64,000 bases of DNA from an uncultured SAR324 cluster bacterium (lineage in GTDB: Bacteria; SAR324; NAC60-12), in the NCBI GenBank assembly GCA_902564345.1, contig CACFAY010000003.1, forward strand, positions 9,527 through 73,526, in the 5' to 3' direction. Shown one piece after another: positions 51,065 through 61,225 of the stretch. Each line of letters opens with the position of its first letter. Within the stretch, counting starts at the first letter, position 1. The translations under genes were made by a program, and so were the position numbers. The notes under the pieces are model-generated. The model saw only the letters and a list, made by a program, of their open reading frames with translations. It made no database searches and had not been told where the DNA came from.

Positions 51065-52648
51065 ATGGTTAAATCCATTACTGAAAAGACCGGGATTCGT
51101 TCTGCTCGGCGGGTACGTTCAGGGGGGCGTTCAGCAAACACGGTCAGAAGAGGGAAAGAGCTTTTTAAACAGAGTCCTTGGCGACTTCCTGTTAACCATG
51201 ATCCTCCTATTGAGCCTCTTTCGGATGAAGGAATTCAGGCCATACATAGTGGTGCAATGGATATTTTAGAAAACATTGGGATCGAATTTCTAAACGAAGA
51301 GTCTCGGAAAATTTTTTTAGAAGCTGGATGTAAGGTTAATGGTACAAATGTTAAAATGGATCGAGAATGGGTTATGGAGATGGTTTTGAAAGCACCATCC
51401 CAGTTTACCATCACTCCAAGAAATCCAGATAAAAAACTAATCGTAGGCGGCAAATACATACTTTTTGGAAATGTTTCATCCCCTCCCAATTATTATGACC
51501 TTGATATTGGTAAAAAGGTCCCAGGTACTAGGGAACAATGCGCCAACCTTATAAGACTTTCTCAGTATTTTAACTGTATACATATGATTGGAGGTTATCC
51601 TGTCGAACCTGTGGATTTACATCCTTCTATTCGCCATCTCGATGTACTCTTCGACAAGCTTACTCTTTCAGATAAGGTTGTACATGCGTACTCACTTGGA
51701 AAAGAGCGAGTTGAAGATGTAATGGAAATGGTCAAGATAGCAGGAGGACTTACCGAGGAAGAATTTCAGTCAAAGCCCCATCTTTATACAAACATTAATT
51801 CCACGTCACCCCTAAAGCATGACCAACCGATGATTGACGGAAGTCTGCGAATGATTCGACGCGGTCAAGCAGTTTTCGTAACCCCATTTACTTTAGCCGG
51901 AGCAATGGCTCCAGTTACTATTTCAGGTGCAGTGACATTATCCATTGCCGAGGCACTCTCAGCAATAGCTTTGTTTCAGCATGTAAAACCAGGTTGTTGC
52001 TGCGTTATTGGAACTTTTACATCAAATGTTGACATGAAAACAGGAGCACCAGCTTTTGGAACTCCTGAATATATGCGAGCTACTCAGGTCACCGGACAGA
52101 TGGCACGCTTTTACAAACTACCAATGCGTGCTTCTGGAGTTTGTGCTGCCAATGTTCCTGACGGACAATCTATTTGGGAGACTTCAAACTCCTTGTGGTC
52201 GGCAATACAGTCAGGTACCAACATAGTTTATCATGCAGCTGGCTGGCTGGAAGGAGGACTTATTGCCAGTCCTGAAAAGTTTATAATGGATTGTGAAATG
52301 ATACAGATGATCCAGCGTTACATGGAACCCGAAGTTTGGGATACGTCTCCAGAGTCTATTGCAATAGATGCAATAAGGGAAGTTGGTTCAACAGGCCATT
52401 TTTTTGGGATTCAACATACTCAGGAACGTTACGAAAGAGCATTTTACCAACCATTTATAAGTGATTGGAGCAATTTTGAGACATGGGAAGCAGCAGGAGG
52501 AATTTGGACTCCTAAACGTTCTAACAAACTTTTCAAGAAAATAATTGACCGTTTTGAAGCACCAACTATATCAGAAGATAGACTAGAGGAATTAACCGGC
52601 TTTGTTTACAAAAGAAAATTTGAAGGTGGAGCACCCACAGATTTTTAA
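51065..52648 (+). CDS. MttB-superfamily methyltransferase (non-pyrrolysine type)
   Basis: 527 aa, uninterrupted by TAG. The Arg-rich N-terminus followed by PLSDEGIQAIHSGAMDILENIGIEF and APSQFTITPRNP is typical of trimethylamine methyltransferase family proteins. Confidence 0.85.
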   Translation: MVKSITEKTGIRSARRVRSGGRSANTVRRGKELFKQSPWRLPVNHDPPIEPLSDEGIQAIHSGAMDILENIGIEFLNEESRKIFLEAGCKVNGTNVKMDREWVMEMVLKAPSQFTITPRNPDKKLIVGGKYILFGNVSSPPNYYDLDIGKKVPGTREQCANLIRLSQYFNCIHMIGGYPVEPVDLHPSIRHLDVLFDKLTLSDKVVHAYSLGKERVEDVMEMVKIAGGLTEEEFQSKPHLYTNINSTSPLKHDQPMIDGSLRMIRRGQAVFVTPFTLAGAMAPVTISGAVTLSIAEALSAIALFQHVKPGCCCVIGTFTSNVDMKTGAPAFGTPEYMRATQVTGQMARFYKLPMRASGVCAANVPDGQSIWETSNSLWSAIQSGTNIVYHAAGWLEGGLIASPEKFIMDCEMIQMIQRYMEPEVWDTSPESIAIDAIREVGSTGHFFGIQHTQERYERAFYQPFISDWSNFETWEAAGGIWTPKRSNKLFKKIIDRFEAPTISEDRLEELTGFVYKRKFEGGAPTDF

Positions 52649-52711
52649 GGGAAATTCTTAAAATTAAAATTTTTTAAATAATTTTTTGATAACAATCCAT
52701 AGGTACTTTGA

Positions 52712-52737
52712 AAAAAACTTTATGTTTGAAGTTTTTT
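52712..52737. terminator. AT-rich hairpin between convergent genes (possible bidirectional terminator)
   Basis: AAAAAACTT-tatgtttg-AAGTTTTTT, a 9-bp stem flanked by A/T tracts, between the MttB stop (52648) and the qor stop (52740). The stem is weak. Confidence 0.3.
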
Positions 52738-52739
52738 AA

Positions 52740-53708
52740 TTAAATTTCCAGAATTGCAGATCCAGTAGTCTTGCGGCTCTGCAAATCTCGATGAGCCTCT
52801 GCAGCATCTTTCAAGGAATATCTGTGATTAATTGGTATTGACAGTCCATTCTTTATTGCATCAAACAGGAGATTAGCAATTTCTTCTGTAAGTTTATTTG
52901 TTGCTGTATGAGATCCAAGAACTGGTCTAGTTAGATATAAAGATTTTTTAGCCAAATCTCCTATTTTCAATACTGGAGGAGCGCCAGATGCCGCTCCAAA
53001 AGACGCAAGAACTCCAAAAGGGGCGAGACATTTTAAAGACCCCTCAAAAGTATCTGCACCTACTCCATCATATACAACAGGTACTCCTTTACCTTCAGTA
53101 ATCTCCTCAACTTTTTTCGTGAAATCCTCACGAGAGTAATTAACTGTATGATGACAGCCATAAGCACTTGCTTTCTCAGCTTTTTCATCTGTGCTTACGG
53201 TACCAATAACCTCAACTCCAAGCCTGCTGAGCCACTGACAGGCTATCAAACCAACTCCCCCAGCCGCTGCATGAAATAAAACAGTTTGGCCTTTTTTAAC
53301 TACAAATGTCCTATTTATAAGGTAAGAAACAGTCAGCCCTTTAAGTAGCACCGCAGCTGCCTGCGAATCAGATAAAAATTCTGGTAGCTTAATTAACCTG
53401 TCTGCAGGGTATAGACGACTTTCCGTATAGGAACCTGGCGTTCCCATAACATATCCTATTCTATCACCAACCTTAACATTTTCTACACCATCACCAATTG
53501 ATTCAACTACGCCAACTCCCTCCATGCCTATGCTGGACGGAAGGTCCAGCGGATAAACACCTGATCTCTGATAGATATCAATAAAATTTAATCCTACTTT
53601 GGTTTGATTAATTAGAACTTCACCTCTTTCAGGACTTTTCAACGGGATTTGTTCCCATTTCATTACATCTGGTCCTCCATGTTTATGAATAATAATAGAA
53701 TTAGTCAT
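52740..53708 (-). CDS. qor: NADPH:quinone oxidoreductase
   Basis: 322 aa. IHKHGGPDVMKWE...VGLNFIDIYQRSGVYP closely parallels E. coli Qor. AAGGVG Rossmann motif. Confidence 0.85.
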   Translation of the reverse strand: MTNSIIIHKHGGPDVMKWEQIPLKSPERGEVLINQTKVGLNFIDIYQRSGVYPLDLPSSIGMEGVGVVESIGDGVENVKVGDRIGYVMGTPGSYTESRLYPADRLIKLPEFLSDSQAAAVLLKGLTVSYLINRTFVVKKGQTVLFHAAAGGVGLIACQWLSRLGVEVIGTVSTDEKAEKASAYGCHHTVNYSREDFTKKVEEITEGKGVPVVYDGVGADTFEGSLKCLAPFGVLASFGAASGAPPVLKIGDLAKKSLYLTRPVLGSHTATNKLTEEIANLLFDAIKNGLSIPINHRYSLKDAAEAHRDLQSRKTTGSAILEI

Positions 53709-53833
53709 TCTTTAACCTCTGAAAATGGTTTATGGTTACAATATGTTTATTTTTCCTTTAATTATTATCTAATTCTGTCAAAAATACTTTTTGTCTTATT
53801 TCATTTCATTTAATTTATTTATAATATAGTATT

Positions 53834-55450
53834 TCAGTAACTTACTGATAATCCATCCTTACGTGAATCTGATCCACCAATAAGAATACCTTCACCGTTC
53901 CTGTTTATTATTTGGCCACCTCCAAAAAATCCTCGGTTAACGCCAGATATTAAAGAAACAGAATGACCTTTAGATTTCAAACCCGAAATGACTGACTGAT
54001 TAAAAGAATCTTCTAAATAAGTGATTTTGTCTTCTAAATTTATCCTAAACCTTTCACAGTCGAGTGCCTCCTGGGGGTTCATACCAAAGTCAACCATGTT
54101 TGATACTACCTGCAAGTGCCCCTGTGGCTGCTGAAACCCTCCCATAACACCAAAACTACTTACAAGATTATTATTCTTAGTAATCATTCCTGGGATGATG
54201 GTGTTGTATGGTCTTTTAGATGGTGCAAGAAAATTTGGATGCCCACGGTTAGTTGAAAAAAGTGCACCTCTGTTATGCAGAACAATTCCAGTATTAGGGA
54301 CAACCAGTCCTGTTCCAAATGCTTCATATAGACTGTTTATTAATGAGCATGCATTACCATTTTCATCTATAACACTGACATATACTGTGTCACCTGATTG
54401 TTTAAAATTACCTATACTATAATCCTTATTTGCCTGATCTTCTTTAATATCATCAAATCTTTGCTTCGCATAACTCTTGGATAAAAGTTCATCAATGGGT
54501 ATTTTAAATTTTTCAGGATCTGCAACATACCAGAGGGCATCAGCGAAGGCAATTTTCATAGCCTCAATTTTATAATGAAGCTTAAGGGTTGGTTCAATTT
54601 TAGAATCAGAAAAATCAATATTTTCAATAATATTTAAAGCTATGAGTGCTGCAACACCTTGCCCATTTGGCGGACACTCCCATATATCGTATCCCCTGTA
54701 ATTTGAATCAATGGGATTAACCCAAGAGCTGGTATGTTTAGCAAAGTCTTCTTCACAAAGCCAACCACTAAACTTATTAACATATGAAGATATTTTTTCT
54801 GGTATGATCCCCTCGTAAAAAAATGAACTTCCATTTTCAGAAATTCCTTTAAGAGTTCTGCTTAGTTGATGCAGTTCCACTTTCTCTCCAAATCTTGGCG
54901 CCCTACCAGAAATTAAAAACTCACAACTTCCATTAATTGATAATTTTAATTCCGATTTTTTCCAAGAATTTGCTGTAAATTCAGAAACACCAAATCCAGC
55001 TTGTGCATAATCAATAGCGGCTGCAAGTACAGTATCTAGAGAAAATACACCAAATTTATCAAGAATTTGTTCCCACGCATCAACACACCCCGGGACACTT
55101 ACTGCCAGTCCAGAGTGTCTCCCATCCAAGGGGATAGAATCCAAACCAATCTCTTCTAGTTTTTTAATATCTGTTTTTATTGAAGATTTTCCACTGCCGT
55201 TTAGTGCCTCGACTTTTTTAGATTTTGAATCATATACAAGTGCAAACATATCTCCCCCAACTCCCGTGGACATTGGCTCCACAACATTTAAGACGGATGC
55301 TGCGCATACTGCTGCGTCAACAGCGTGTCCACCTTTCTTCAATACATCTAGTCCAGCACTTGCTGCTAGAGGATTACTAGTAGCGACTGTTCCATTTAGT
55401 CCTAATGTAGCAGACCTTCTGGAACTAAAATTATAATTTGGATTTTCCAT
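53834..55450 (-). CDS. ggt: gamma-glutamyltransferase family protein (no obvious signal peptide)
   Basis: 538 aa. LGGGGF-type region GVGGDMF, an autoprocessing/nucleophile Thr context SGDTVYVSVIDENGNA, and MGGFQQPQG. Confidence 0.85.
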   Translation of the reverse strand: MENPNYNFSSRRSATLGLNGTVATSNPLAASAGLDVLKKGGHAVDAAVCAASVLNVVEPMSTGVGGDMFALVYDSKSKKVEALNGSGKSSIKTDIKKLEEIGLDSIPLDGRHSGLAVSVPGCVDAWEQILDKFGVFSLDTVLAAAIDYAQAGFGVSEFTANSWKKSELKLSINGSCEFLISGRAPRFGEKVELHQLSRTLKGISENGSSFFYEGIIPEKISSYVNKFSGWLCEEDFAKHTSSWVNPIDSNYRGYDIWECPPNGQGVAALIALNIIENIDFSDSKIEPTLKLHYKIEAMKIAFADALWYVADPEKFKIPIDELLSKSYAKQRFDDIKEDQANKDYSIGNFKQSGDTVYVSVIDENGNACSLINSLYEAFGTGLVVPNTGIVLHNRGALFSTNRGHPNFLAPSKRPYNTIIPGMITKNNNLVSSFGVMGGFQQPQGHLQVVSNMVDFGMNPQEALDCERFRINLEDKITYLEDSFNQSVISGLKSKGHSVSLISGVNRGFFGGGQIINRNGEGILIGGSDSRKDGLSVSY

Positions 55451-55847
55451 TATTACTGATCATATGACCTTAGACTTAGTATTTACGTAAATACAGGTAT
55501 TATAAAAAGTGGTAATTTAATCAGCCAACTTTCTACAAAATATTATTCTGAAAAAGATATTAGAATACCACACAGAATAAAAAATAAGAGACATATTAGA
55601 AACAATCGATTAAATGCTCAAGAATCGCATTGGAATTAGCTATTGTATTATTAATAGGGCTGTGAGGCAAACTAGAAGGATTCTGAAATAAAATTTTGAA
55701 AATTTATTAGAAGAGCAGCCAAAAACTTCCGTCGTATTGAACCAGATACGGTTGTGTTATTGACTGCTTGGAATGTTAGCTATCTTTAGTAAATTAGATA
55801 CTAATAATTAATTTTAAGATAAGCTTTTAAAGTGCTGATCAAATTTT

Positions 55848-56552
55848 TTATTTTACGTTCAAATCCATAGAGTGTTTAACTTCTGGATGATTTTCATCCA
55901 TATTTCTAAGCTTATGAATAACATCAGCTGACAGGATTAAGTCAACGGTGTCTTTTAGCGGACCTTTTTTTTCAAGGTAGTTTCTTAGTACTTCACTATC
56001 CCAGCGAAGTATGGTCGTTGGTTCTTTCCCGGTAGACACATCTGCCGAAGTGTTTTCACCAGTGATAAATGATTGCTCTCCTATGAACCCACCTGATGGA
56101 ATAAAAACATGGTCACCATGTTTGAGAACTACTTCTGCCTCTCCTTCAACAACAAGCATGAGATTGTCTAAATGAGTATCTCTAGTAACAAGTTCAACAC
56201 CAGAATCAAGTTCTTCAATCTTACCAAGATCAATCAAATGTTTATATACCCTAGGTTCTAAAGACTTGAACGTCTTATCATAAATTTTTTGTTCCATATT
56301 ATTTAATTCTACTGGCCTGCTTTCCAAATAAATCAATAATAGCATAACCACGTTTATAGTAGTATAAATTCCAATCCAAATAATCGGATTCCATAATGCT
56401 TCTTCAAAGTAAAACAAGTAATATGGAAGAACAACTATGTTCCCCGTTACAGTAAGTATTCTCAACCAAACTATTTTTTTTGAAACAAATGCTAACAACC
56501 AAATTGAGTATGCACAGTTCAGTAAAATTAAAAAAACATTAAATTCGCCCAT
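55848..56552 (-). CDS. 3-TM membrane protein with a C-terminal cyclic-nucleotide-binding-like domain (Popeye-like topology)
   Basis: 234 aa. Three N-terminal hydrophobic helices (about residues 5-76), then a CNB beta-roll (LMLVVEGEAEVV...GGFIGEQSFITGENTSADV). The phosphate-binding Arg position holds Thr. Confidence 0.65.
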   Translation of the reverse strand: MGEFNVFLILLNCAYSIWLLAFVSKKIVWLRILTVTGNIVVLPYYLFYFEEALWNPIIWIGIYTTINVVMLLLIYLESRPVELNNMEQKIYDKTFKSLEPRVYKHLIDLGKIEELDSGVELVTRDTHLDNLMLVVEGEAEVVLKHGDHVFIPSGGFIGEQSFITGENTSADVSTGKEPTTILRWDSEVLRNYLEKKGPLKDTVDLILSADVIHKLRNMDENHPEVKHSMDLNVK

Positions 56553-56593
56553 TGATATCCTTTCTCAAACTTTAAATAATAAGTTATAGATAT

Positions 56594-57475
56594 TTATTTT
56601 ATATGTTGCATCCATTCAGAAATAGCTTTGCCAATTTCATATGGACTGTCCTCCTGAATAAAATGACTCCCTGAAACTTTGATCTCTGTCTGATTAGGCC
56701 ATTTACGACAAAACTCTCTTTGCTCTCCAGTCAGAATAGCACCTGGATCAGCATCAATAAAAAGCTTTGGTATGTCAGAAACTGACAGCCAATCTGCATA
56801 GTCAGATACTACTTTTGCTACATCTTCAGGTTCTCCATCAATTGGAATTTCTCGAGGCCATTTCAACATTGGAAGTCGATGCTCTGGTATTACGAAAGGG
56901 CGCCGATATTCTTCCATTTCTTCTTCAGTTAAATTTCGTAGAATTGATCCTGGTAGTACAGTTTCAACAAAAAGGTTTTTTTTTAGGATCATTTCCTCTC
57001 CTGCAGATGATCTAAAACCTTTGAAAATTTTCTTAGCATCGTCAGGCCATTCTTGCCATGAAACTGGACGAACAATTGCTTCCATATAAACAATACCCTT
57101 AATACGGTATTGGTTCCTCTTTGCCCAGTCAAAACCAAGAGCAGAGCCCCAATCATGCACTACTAAAAATAAATCATTGTTTAATTTAAGAGATTCAATA
57201 AAACCATTTAGGTAATGACGGTGCTGAAAAAAACGGTATGAGTCATCATCTATTTCTTTTAATTTTTCAGAGTCTCCCATGCCGATTAAGTCAGGTGCTA
57301 TGCATCTGGCATTTAGTGAAACAAGTGGAATAATGTTTCTCCACAAATATGAGGAAGTTGGATTGCCATGAAGAAATATAACAGGGCTTCCCTCCCCGGA
57401 TTGATGAAAGGCCATCTTTATACCGTTTATATCTAAAAAATCTTTGCTAAATTGAGTAGCCGCTAAATTATTCAT
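56594..57475 (-). CDS. haloalkane dehalogenase, HLD-II (DhaA/Renilla-luciferase-like)
   Basis: 293 aa. FLHGNPTSSYLWRNIIP, nucleophile elbow VVHDWGSALGF, YMEAI (Glu) and GSHFIQEDSP (His) are colinear with DhaA. Confidence 0.85.
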   Translation of the reverse strand: MNNLAATQFSKDFLDINGIKMAFHQSGEGSPVIFLHGNPTSSYLWRNIIPLVSLNARCIAPDLIGMGDSEKLKEIDDDSYRFFQHRHYLNGFIESLKLNNDLFLVVHDWGSALGFDWAKRNQYRIKGIVYMEAIVRPVSWQEWPDDAKKIFKGFRSSAGEEMILKKNLFVETVLPGSILRNLTEEEMEEYRRPFVIPEHRLPMLKWPREIPIDGEPEDVAKVVSDYADWLSVSDIPKLFIDADPGAILTGEQREFCRKWPNQTEIKVSGSHFIQEDSPYEIGKAISEWMQHIK

Positions 57476-57533
57476 TATAAATATTTACTAATCGTTCTAA
57501 ATTTTAATAAAAACTAAATTCTGCAAATAATAA

Positions 57534-58595
57534 TCAAATAGCATTTACGATAGCCTTACCAATATCTTCAGTATTTCCCTTACCACCCATATCAGGTGTA
57601 AGATTAATTCCACCATACAGTATGGTTTCAATAGCTCTGATTATAGCGTCATGTGCTTCTGGATAACCAAGATGCTGCAACATCATTGCACCTGCCCATA
57701 TCATTCCTATAGGATTCGCAATTTCCTTGCCAAATATGTCTGGAGCAGATCCATGTACTGGTTCAAACATTGAGGGGAATTCACCAGATGGGTTGATATT
57801 CGCTGAAGGGGCGATTCCAATCGTTCCAGTACATGCCGGACCAAGATCAGAAAGAATATCCCCAAATAAATTACTTGCAACAACTACATCATAATGTTCC
57901 GGCATTCTAATAAAGTTAGCTGTGAGAATATCAATATGATACTGATCTACTTTCACATCCGGATAATTTCTGGACATTTCCCTGACTCTTTTGTCCCAGT
58001 AAGGCATGGAATGAATAATACCATTAGATTTAGTTGCAGATGACAAGTGCTTTGCTTCACGTGAACGCGCTAATTCAAAGGCATACTTTAGTATTCTATC
58101 CGTTCCTCTTCTGGTAAAAATACTTTGCTGGGTTACAATTTCGTGTTCTGTGCCTTCATACTGAATTCCACCAACTGCTGAATATTCTCCTTCAGTATTT
58201 TCCCTAACTACATAAAAATCAATGTCTCCAGGTTTTTTACCAGCCAATGGACAGGTAACACCTTCAAATAAACGTACCGGCCTTAAGTTTACATACTGGT
58301 CAAACTCCCTTCTAATGGGAATCAGCAAGCCCCACAACGAAACATGGTCCAGTACAGAAGGGAAACCAACAGCCCCAAGATAAATTGCGTCGTGAGTACG
58401 CAACTGCTCAAGGCCATTATCAGGCATCATTTGACCAGTTTTTAGAAATGTTTCGCATGACCATTTGAACTCAGTCCAATCAAGTTTTATTCCGAATTTT
58501 GATGAAACAGCTTCAAGTACACGAACACCTTCAGGCATTACTTCCTTTCCAATTCCATCTCCAGGAATTAAGGCAATTTTATGTTTTTTTTCCAC
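57534..58595 (-). CDS. tartrate dehydrogenase/decarboxylase (D-malate dehydrogenase) of the isocitrate/isopropylmalate dehydrogenase family
   Basis: 353 aa. IALIPGDGIGKEV, DAIYLGAVGFP, LWGLLIPIRREFDQYVNLRP and VRENTEGEYS parallel Pseudomonas TDH. Confidence 0.8.
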   Translation of the reverse strand: MEKKHKIALIPGDGIGKEVMPEGVRVLEAVSSKFGIKLDWTEFKWSCETFLKTGQMMPDNGLEQLRTHDAIYLGAVGFPSVLDHVSLWGLLIPIRREFDQYVNLRPVRLFEGVTCPLAGKKPGDIDFYVVRENTEGEYSAVGGIQYEGTEHEIVTQQSIFTRRGTDRILKYAFELARSREAKHLSSATKSNGIIHSMPYWDKRVREMSRNYPDVKVDQYHIDILTANFIRMPEHYDVVVASNLFGDILSDLGPACTGTIGIAPSANINPSGEFPSMFEPVHGSAPDIFGKEIANPIGMIWAGAMMLQHLGYPEAHDAIIRAIETILYGGINLTPDMGGKGNTEDIGKAIVNAI

Positions 58596-58911
58596 AATTA
58601 CTCTCCTTTCATAAATTGATATTGAAAAATATTAAAACGTTAATGTTCATAAATAGACACAACAATATTTATATCTTATCCATTGCATTAAAAATATTAT
58701 TTCCAAAAAATTGAATAGTTTTTTGAAGACTACTTCGAATTAAAATTTAACTAGGATCTAGAATTGGTAGGTTTACGAGTTATTAATTTCTGAAGTCAGT
58801 ATCATGTCAGTAAATTCGATTGGAGTAAAAATATATTCATATGAAATGTTTCTAAGTTTTTATAAAATTACATTTCACTAATTGAAGCTTTAACATCAAA
58901 GGCCAGTTATC

Positions 58912-59238
58912 TCACTGAAAAACAAATAGTAAGATGAATACCGTTTCTCCAAAAACGATTCCCACTAACAAACGCTTACCAAAAATATAAAAACCTATAA
59001 AAGCAAATATCATCGGAATCATCCTGTGCCATAATGGGACTTCTGCCATCAGACCAGAGGGAATAATCAAGGTCCGAGCTATAAGTGAAGCAATTATGCC
59101 ATAGGCTAAGCAGGTAAACCATTCAAATATCGGATGGTTGGCTTCAAGTCGGTGGCTTATCATTACACCGGCAAAACGCCATACATACGTTGCAAAAATT
59201 GCTGATATGAAAAATATCCACTCAGAATATTCAATCAT
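58912..59238 (-). CDS. azlD: AzlD-like branched-chain amino acid export accessory protein
   Basis: 108 aa with 3-4 TM helices. Overlaps the upstream azlC-like gene by 8 nt, the usual pairing. Confidence 0.7.
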   Translation of the reverse strand: MIEYSEWIFFISAIFATYVWRFAGVMISHRLEANHPIFEWFTCLAYGIIASLIARTLIIPSGLMAEVPLWHRMIPMIFAFIGFYIFGKRLLVGIVFGETVFILLFVFQ

Positions 59239-59965
59239 TTCCTGCCTTATTGTTCCTTAAACCTTCAAGCCATTTTCGTAGCAGAAAGGCCATTGTACCA
59301 GCAATAATTCCCGACAAAACTAGCCCCCATTCAGGAGTAATAAAATGCATTGGTGCTCCCAAAAGACAACCTAAAACAAATGCCAGCAGATATGGAGGAT
59401 GGATGGTGTTAGACATAATCAATCCAAAATAAATAGGCACCAGGAAAATCAGGCAAAGTGAAATCATCTTAGGCATATTTTCAAATAGTACATAGCCCTG
59501 AAAAACTCCTATTACACCAGCAATCATACAGGTGATAGAAAAACCTAAGAAATAAGAAACCTTGCGGTCTGCCCTTATTTCTTTTCCACGATGAAGCATT
59601 TCGGCCCATGTATTGATAGAAATGAAATGTGCAAAAAGATAATTCCATTTTCGGTTATGCGGAGAATCTGCAAGTATGGGCATCATCGAAAGCGTCATTG
59701 GCATGAATCTAGCGTTTGCTCCAGCCACACCAAGAACAACAGCTATTAGAGGTGCACCAAGTCCATAAAGTTCGACATGAACTACCTGTCCCGGCATTCC
59801 CCATATTAAAATAGTTGATAAGATGGAAATATAAAGTGATAAGCCCTGTTCCTGTGCAAGTGACCCAAATCCTGTCATTGCAGAAAAGAGAAGCAGAGCC
59901 GGAACCCCCATAGCGTTCCTTATTCCAGTCAAGAGTGCCTGAATATTTGTATCTAAATCTTTCAT
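59231..59965 (-). CDS. azlC: AzlC-family branched-chain amino acid permease
   Basis: Polytopic protein of the AzlC type. Start moved from the TTG at 60022 to the ATG at 59965 (MKDLDT). Confidence 0.75.
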   Translation of the reverse strand: MKDLDTNIQALLTGIRNAMGVPALLLFSAMTGFGSLAQEQGLSLYISILSTILIWGMPGQVVHVELYGLGAPLIAVVLGVAGANARFMPMTLSMMPILADSPHNRKWNYLFAHFISINTWAEMLHRGKEIRADRKVSYFLGFSITCMIAGVIGVFQGYVLFENMPKMISLCLIFLVPIYFGLIMSNTIHPPYLLAFVLGCLLGAPMHFITPEWGLVLSGIIAGTMAFLLRKWLEGLRNNKAGND

Positions 59966-60109
59966 AGATTGTTTTTTAAAAAATGAAACAGATTGATTAT
60001 TTGACAAACATTCACTACCCAAGGAGGTTTTCCAAATTGAGTAAATCTTTATCTCAACTAAGCAGTTATGAATGAACTGGTATGGATTGTTGCAGAAGCA
60101 AGAGAATAC

Positions 60110-60892
60110 TTAATTAGGCAAAATATCAAAGGTATTGCTAAGATTTCCAATGCCTGAGATCACAATGTCAATTTTTGTCCCAGGTTTCATTGTACGCGCG
60201 CCAACTGATGTTCCGCAGCAGATCAAATCTCCCGGAAGCAATGTCTGGTAGTGAGATATCATGGATACAATTTGTAAAGGGGAAAAAATCATATCGCTTA
60301 CAGGATAATCCTGTCTAGTCTCACCATTCTGTAAAGCTTTAACCTTGACCACATCAAGATCAATTTCCGTTTCGATACAGGGTCCTATTGGAGTAAATGT
60401 ATCAAAGCCTTTGCAACGAGTCCACTGCTGAAATGCTTTGTTCTCAAATAAAAACTCAACGGCTGTAACATCATTCACACAGGTATACCCAAAAATATAT
60501 TCTTCAGCTTCTAACTCGCTAACTTCTCTACATTTAGAACCTATAACAATACCAAGCTCAGCTTCAAAAATTACCCTGCCTTGATATCCTTGTGGTCGAT
60601 ATATAGTATGTTCAGGCCCAATTACGCTGCTAAGAGGCTTCATGAAATATAGTGGGTCTGCAGGAATCGTATGCTCTTCCTTTAATGCACGTTCATGAAA
60701 ATTATTCCATAATGCAAAAATAGAATTCGGTTCCAACGGTGCCAATAATTGAACATCATTTAATGGAATTTTTCGACCTGTTGGTTTAGGAGTTTCAAAA
60801 AAGTTACCCTCATGTTCAATAATTAAATCAATATCCATTATGCCAAACAAACCCACATCATCTTTGTAATTAAAACTTATCCATTTAGCCAT
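60110..60892 (-). CDS. fumarylacetoacetate hydrolase (FAH) family protein
   Basis: 260 aa. FEAELGIVIG, YTCVNDVTA, KGFDTF and GDLICCGT blocks. Confidence 0.8.
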   Translation of the reverse strand: MAKWISFNYKDDVGLFGIMDIDLIIEHEGNFFETPKPTGRKIPLNDVQLLAPLEPNSIFALWNNFHERALKEEHTIPADPLYFMKPLSSVIGPEHTIYRPQGYQGRVIFEAELGIVIGSKCREVSELEAEEYIFGYTCVNDVTAVEFLFENKAFQQWTRCKGFDTFTPIGPCIETEIDLDVVKVKALQNGETRQDYPVSDMIFSPLQIVSMISHYQTLLPGDLICCGTSVGARTMKPGTKIDIVISGIGNLSNTFDILPN

Positions 60893-61225
60893 AATTTTTT
60901 TTCTTTAAGTAAATTTATTTTTTATTTTCAGCATTATTATTTAGTTATAGAATAAAATTTTGAATTTAATTTAAAAGTCAAATATTTTACTTAGATTGAT
61001 GTTACAATATAAGTCAAAAAAATTTATAAAAACCGATTCAAAGAGTATAAAACTTAATTTGTTGTTGGATAGCAAATTGATGAATTTAAATTTCTAATTC
61101 TGTTCTAAATGCAAGTATATAAGGTTGACTCTAATATATATTTTGGATACATTTCTACAATGTAAAGTATCTTTTATCATTAATGATTTATAAAATTTAT
61201 TCCAACATCTAATTTTTCTAATCAA

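Noticed and set aside
51065-52648. Possible in-frame amber (pyrrolysine) codon in the MttB-family gene.
   Set aside because: The ORF is continuous for 527 codons with no TAG, and no pylTSBCD genes are present. It is a non-Pyl family member.
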